Source: Luteimonas sp. (GTDB lineage Bacteria; Pseudomonadota; Gammaproteobacteria; Xanthomonadales; Xanthomonadaceae). From it: 39,001 nt of DNA. Below are positions 33,400 to 39,001 of the stretch, in pieces (within the stretch, counting starts at the first letter, position 1; each line of letters begins with the position of its first letter). The DNA is taken from assembly GCA_037720875.1 (NCBI GenBank), contig JBBJNO010000001.1:7912-46912 (forward strand), read 5' to 3'. The translations under genes and the position numbers were made by a program. The notes below the pieces were generated by a model. That model did no database searches, was not told the DNA's origin, and saw only the letters and a list, made by a program, of their open reading frames with translations.

Positions 33400-34329
33400 T
33401 TACACCAGTTGTTCTGCCGGATAACTCCGATACAGCCAATCCGGACGTTTAGGATGCGGCTCGCGCTCTTTACGCCAACGCGTGAACAAATATTGTCCCA
33501 AGTCATATTCTCGATTCGGTGTGGCCGCAATAATGCTTCGTACAACGTCAGCAGTCATTTTCTCCATTGGCCGATCGGGCCCAACGTTGGCGGTATAGCT
33601 GATCTCGGCGACAAACCCGCAATGATCCATCAACAAGTGAAGTTCGTGACGAGTGTATTCCCGGTTATGGCGTCCGTATGGACCGTATCCAGAGTAAGGA
33701 TCGTAAATGTTGCGACCTTCACAGAAAGCAATCACATTCTCAAGACGAGTTGCATTGGGCGTCGTCAATATAATATGTCCACCCATCTTCGTGACTCTGG
33801 ATAGCTCTTTCAGCGGAGCCAGAGGGTCATTCGTCATGTGTTCAAGTACTTCACAGAACAGGACAAGGTCGAATCTCTCGTCAGCGAAGGGTACGCTATC
33901 GGTTTCCACATTTACGTGCGGAGACTCAAGCACTACGCTCTGACGAACACCATCGAACCCATCGAACTCCACGCGTTGCCTCACCAAATCGCCAAGTCCT
34001 GAACCAAAATAATTAATCATAGACAAAGTGTATTCTGGTCGGAACTGCTTGATCAGCATTGTGGTGAAGTAGGGATTAGAGCCGATCTCGAGCAGTTCAC
34101 CCGCCCCTGCCGGGATAAGATCAAGCGTTCGGATGAACCTCTCGCAGTCAGCATATGCATAGTTGCGCAGCTCGCCAGCCGGGCTATTGTCAATGCTCTG
34201 CGAAACCATCGCCTCACGAATTGCGTAGAGACTGAGATTACCTGGCAGCTCAAGAGGAGGCTGATAGTCGCGCGGATCAACCGCTGGCGAGTCAAGTCTT
34301 TTTTCGAGAGATTCGTGCTCGATCGCCAT
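33400..34329 (-). CDS. Class I SAM-dependent methyltransferase
   Basis: The motifs are ELLEIGSNPYF and FDLVLFCEVLEHMTNDPLAPLKELSRVTKMGGHIILTTPN. I chose ATG 34329 because AGGAG lies 8 nt upstream. Alternative starts are at 34347 and 34356. Confidence 0.8.
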   Translation of the reverse strand: MAIEHESLEKRLDSPAVDPRDYQPPLELPGNLSLYAIREAMVSQSIDNSPAGELRNYAYADCERFIRTLDLIPAGAGELLEIGSNPYFTTMLIKQFRPEYTLSMINYFGSGLGDLVRQRVEFDGFDGVRQSVVLESPHVNVETDSVPFADERFDLVLFCEVLEHMTNDPLAPLKELSRVTKMGGHIILTTPNATRLENVIAFCEGRNIYDPYSGYGPYGRHNREYTRHELHLLMDHCGFVAEISYTANVGPDRPMEKMTADVVRSIIAATPNREYDLGQYLFTRWRKEREPHPKRPDWLYRSYPAEQLV

Positions 34330-34481
34330 TTCATATTCTCCTGACATCACAGCCACTTGTGCAAAGTAAAATTACGGCGTGCGGCCAATTGGTGCACCAA
34401 AAGTTTCGCCAAGGTTGTATTAACTAACCACGCAAGAATCTCTAAATCTTGATTGAGTGCCCTGACACATGGAAAGGGAAG

Positions 34482-36962
34482 CTAGAGCAAAGCCTTGACT
34501 ATGGCTTTCGAGGATTCGCGCCAAGTCATCGTCCTGATGCCGGCCGGACGCAGCCAGTTTCCCCGCGATGTGCCCGCGCGGATATGTTGGGCCAGATCTT
34601 CGGAATCACCGCAGCGAAAATAGACGGCCTCCTCGCCCGCGATTTCGTGGAAGACCGGAATGTCGCTGAGGATCAGCGGCACACCTTGGCTACCGGCTTC
34701 GACGATCGGCAAACCGAAACCCTCGGCAATCGATGCCTGGATCAGCGCGGTGGTGCGCTTGAGCAACTGCTGCAAGTCGCCATCGGAGGCGCTCTCCAAC
34801 CAGAACAAACGCTTGCCCGTTTCCCGGTGTCGACGCAACTTGTCGGCCAGCACGTCCACGTTCCAGCCTACTTTTCCAACGATCACCAGTGCCACGTCAA
34901 TGCCCTCACGCCAGACCTTTTCAAACGCATCGAGGATAGTGGCGTGGTCCTTCCGTGGTTCCACCGTGCCCAGCGCAAGGAGGAAGGGCCTGTCGCCGAT
35001 GGCCTCGATCGCTTCTTGCGTGGCCGCCGTGGTGGGCAATATCCGACCCGACTCCAGATCGCTACCCAAGTGCACGCTTCGGGTCCACGGCCTTCGCGCG
35101 TCGCCTTCTATAACCTCGTCGACAAAGTGTTCCAAATCGACGCGGGTCGCCTCGGAAATGCAAACAAAACCGTCCGTCTTACGTATGGCATGGGTCAACC
35201 AAGCCCTGAACACCGGGGGCATACCCGGGTGGCATGTTTCCGGTTCCCTGATCGGGACGAGGTCGTACACCATCCACACAACTTCGCCGCCAGCGCGCCA
35301 AACCTCTTCCAAGAAGGGATCGAAACGTTCCGGCCATTCCCAAGTCGAGTCGAGCATGAAAACGATGTCGTTCGGCAACGCTTCGATGAGTTCGTCGTCC
35401 CCCGCCAAATCCAGCCCGAGTTCACTGCGGGCAAAATCCCTTGCGCTACGGATGCCGGTCTCCGTCCAGCGGATCGGGACAATGTCGAAATCTCTCCGCT
35501 CTCGCGCCTCAGCAACCATGCCGATGCAGTAGTTGCGCACGACGCGTTGTATGCCCGTGCGCGCCTCGGTGATGACCACGCACGTCATGTCTATCAAGAT
35601 GCGCCGACGGCCGGACTGGGCTATGGCGTTCAAACCGTGGACGACCTGCAGTTCTCCGCTGGAGCCGGCTGCCTGCAGGCCATCAGCCAACACGAGGATG
35701 TCCGCGTCGGAAGGTGTCCACTCCATCTGCCATCGGCGCGTCGCGTTTGCCAATTCCGCCATCGCATCCACCGCAGCCTCCGCGCAACGGCTCCATGTAA
35801 AGGTTGCCGCATGTTCCGCCAACCCTTCGGTCAATTTCGATCTGAAGTGGTCATCGGTCAGAGCCCGATGAAGCAACGAAGCCGCTTCGACGGTATCGCG
35901 CGGATCAAACATCGCGTCGTCCATCGGAACGACTTCCGACAGAGCCCCCAGACGCGAGGACAACGTGGGCGTGCCAAATGCCATCGCTTCCAGTACCGGC
36001 AAGCCAAACCCTTCGTATAGTGAAGGAAAGAAGAAGACGCGGCACGCACGGTAGAGCATGGCCAGCGTCGCATCGCTGACGCGGCCGAGCACCACGACCT
36101 GGTGGGCGATATGACTGAAACGTCCAGCGAGCACCTCGTGGACATCGTCTCCCACCTGAGTCAGGACGAGTTGATGCACGCTCCGAACCGGGTTGGGTAG
36201 TGCTGCAAACGCTTCGATGGCCCCAATATTGTTCTTGCGCCAGTCCGCGTTACCTACCGTGAGCACGAACGGACAGGTAATGCCGTACTTCTCGAGGGAA
36301 CCCGCGTCGCCCGGTGCCGCGCCGAGGGGATGCACAATTTCCGCGTTCAATCCCGCACCGATCACCCGGATACGAGACGCGTCGATGCCAAGTTGACTGA
36401 TCAGATCGTCACGCGTCGATTCGGATATTGCCAAGTACAAGTCGAACGATCTGAAGTCCTCAAGCTTCTTGCGGTACCACGGCGTGAATGTGGAGTCGGT
36501 CGGCAAATACCGCTCCGGAAACAGCAACGGAATGAGGTCGTATGCGATCACGGCGGTTGGAATGCCATCGAGACTGTTCCGATCCAGCGCGGTGATGACG
36601 CCCGCGCCGCCGTCGAAGCCTTCAAAGAAGCTCGTCACCATCAGGGCATCCGCGCCCAAAGACTGTATAAACCGAGACCGCAGCAAGGCCGCCGTACGCG
36701 TGAAACTCACGATGGAATCGGTAACTCCCACTTGGCCGATCGGATAGTGATAGGTCAAGGCCGGTGCCTCGACTCCAGCACTCCGCAAACGTCCGCGGAG
36801 GTCTCGTGTTCTGGTGCGATCACCCGAGTCCATCGTCAGCACGATGTCGGTGCTCTCGTCCTTAATGGCAACCATGGTGCTCGCAAGACTAAACGCGTAG
36901 CGCCCGATGCCTCTATCCCTGGAGTCGGTCTGACACGACTGCAGATCGAGAGCGATCTTCAT
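34482..36962 (-). CDS. Tandem double-GT4 glycosyltransferase (WbdA/WbpX-like polymerising mannosyl/rhamnosyltransferase)
   Basis: It contains two complete GT4 modules, each with the E(G)FGLP..EA motif (SLYEGFGLPVLEAMAFGTP and SIAEGFGLPIVEAGSQGVP). It is 826 aa and lies directly downstream of gmd. Confidence 0.85.
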   Translation of the reverse strand: MKIALDLQSCQTDSRDRGIGRYAFSLASTMVAIKDESTDIVLTMDSGDRTRTRDLRGRLRSAGVEAPALTYHYPIGQVGVTDSIVSFTRTAALLRSRFIQSLGADALMVTSFFEGFDGGAGVITALDRNSLDGIPTAVIAYDLIPLLFPERYLPTDSTFTPWYRKKLEDFRSFDLYLAISESTRDDLISQLGIDASRIRVIGAGLNAEIVHPLGAAPGDAGSLEKYGITCPFVLTVGNADWRKNNIGAIEAFAALPNPVRSVHQLVLTQVGDDVHEVLAGRFSHIAHQVVVLGRVSDATLAMLYRACRVFFFPSLYEGFGLPVLEAMAFGTPTLSSRLGALSEVVPMDDAMFDPRDTVEAASLLHRALTDDHFRSKLTEGLAEHAATFTWSRCAEAAVDAMAELANATRRWQMEWTPSDADILVLADGLQAAGSSGELQVVHGLNAIAQSGRRRILIDMTCVVITEARTGIQRVVRNYCIGMVAEARERRDFDIVPIRWTETGIRSARDFARSELGLDLAGDDELIEALPNDIVFMLDSTWEWPERFDPFLEEVWRAGGEVVWMVYDLVPIREPETCHPGMPPVFRAWLTHAIRKTDGFVCISEATRVDLEHFVDEVIEGDARRPWTRSVHLGSDLESGRILPTTAATQEAIEAIGDRPFLLALGTVEPRKDHATILDAFEKVWREGIDVALVIVGKVGWNVDVLADKLRRHRETGKRLFWLESASDGDLQQLLKRTTALIQASIAEGFGLPIVEAGSQGVPLILSDIPVFHEIAGEEAVYFRCGDSEDLAQHIRAGTSRGNWLRPAGIRTMTWRESSKAIVKALL

Positions 36963-36995
36963 TCTTTAGCCTCTTGTTGTGTTGTTGACCGCTGG

Positions 36996-38877
<1,882 letters not shown>

Positions 38878-38881
<4 letters not shown>

Positions 38882-39001
38882 CGGGCCCTTGCTGCTCGTT
38901 TCTTTGCTGCGGGCCGGCGTTCACGTTTGGCCGGGGCGAGGCGCTTGCGCCCGATCACCGCGTAGTCGGGAGCCTGGCTGAGGAGGGCGCCGAAGGCATT
39001 G
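38878..39001 (-). CDS. 3' end of an unidentified upstream gene (continues beyond the window)
   Basis: The minus-strand frame is open from 39000 down to the TGA at 38880-38878: ...NAFGALLSQAPDYAVIGRKRLAPAKRERRPAAKKRAAARAR*. Its stop overlaps the rmd ATG (ATGA). It is too short for the ORF track and has no recognisable domain. Confidence 0.35.

Overview
A 39-kb, compositionally mosaic LPS O-antigen or surface-glycan locus from a high-GC proteobacterium. My hand counts on single 60-nt lines give 73% GC at 1621-1680, 50% at 6481-6540 and 42% at 32821-32880. The gene content and the embedded metB resemble Xanthomonadales lps loci, and the inferred chemistry resembles the P. aeruginosa CPA D-rhamnan. 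That taxonomic guess is inference only.

The core is an ABC-transporter-dependent GDP-D-rhamnose pathway:
- manC/xanB, gmd and rmd.
- wzm and an extended wzt with a C-terminal glycan-binding domain.
- A methyltransferase fused to about 250 aa of coiled coil, a WbdD-like terminator or ruler candidate.
- One double-GT4 protein.
- Two colinear paralogous GT4+RgpF proteins.

On top of this core there appear to be several lipid-carrier-dependent periplasmic decoration modules:
- (A) 3-5871: a tightly coupled seven-gene operon that reproduces the mycobacterial decaprenyl-phospho-arabinose pathway (UbiA-family PRTase, DprE1, DprE2, GtrA). It carries three extra genes: an SDR epimerase, an FAD oxidoreductase and a methyltransferase.
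- (B) 5885-11270: two large GT-C-like membrane proteins and a second GtrA next to that operon.
- (C) 24273-33261: an ArnC/ArnE-F/ArnT-style module for a 4-amino-4,6-dideoxyhexose. It contains WbqC, a GT2, two methyltransferases, a NeuD-type acetyltransferase, a beta-propeller protein, an SMR-like half transporter and a WecE-like aminotransferase. A third GT-C gene lies convergent to it.

A decayed, 5'-truncated phytanoyl-CoA-dioxygenase relic and sharp GC drops mark the recombination seams. Many genes are translationally coupled by ATGA, GTGA or TGATG overlaps. I recognised no rRNA, tRNA, CRISPR array, IS element or integrase. The many long antisense ORFs in the track are shadow frames of high-GC genes.
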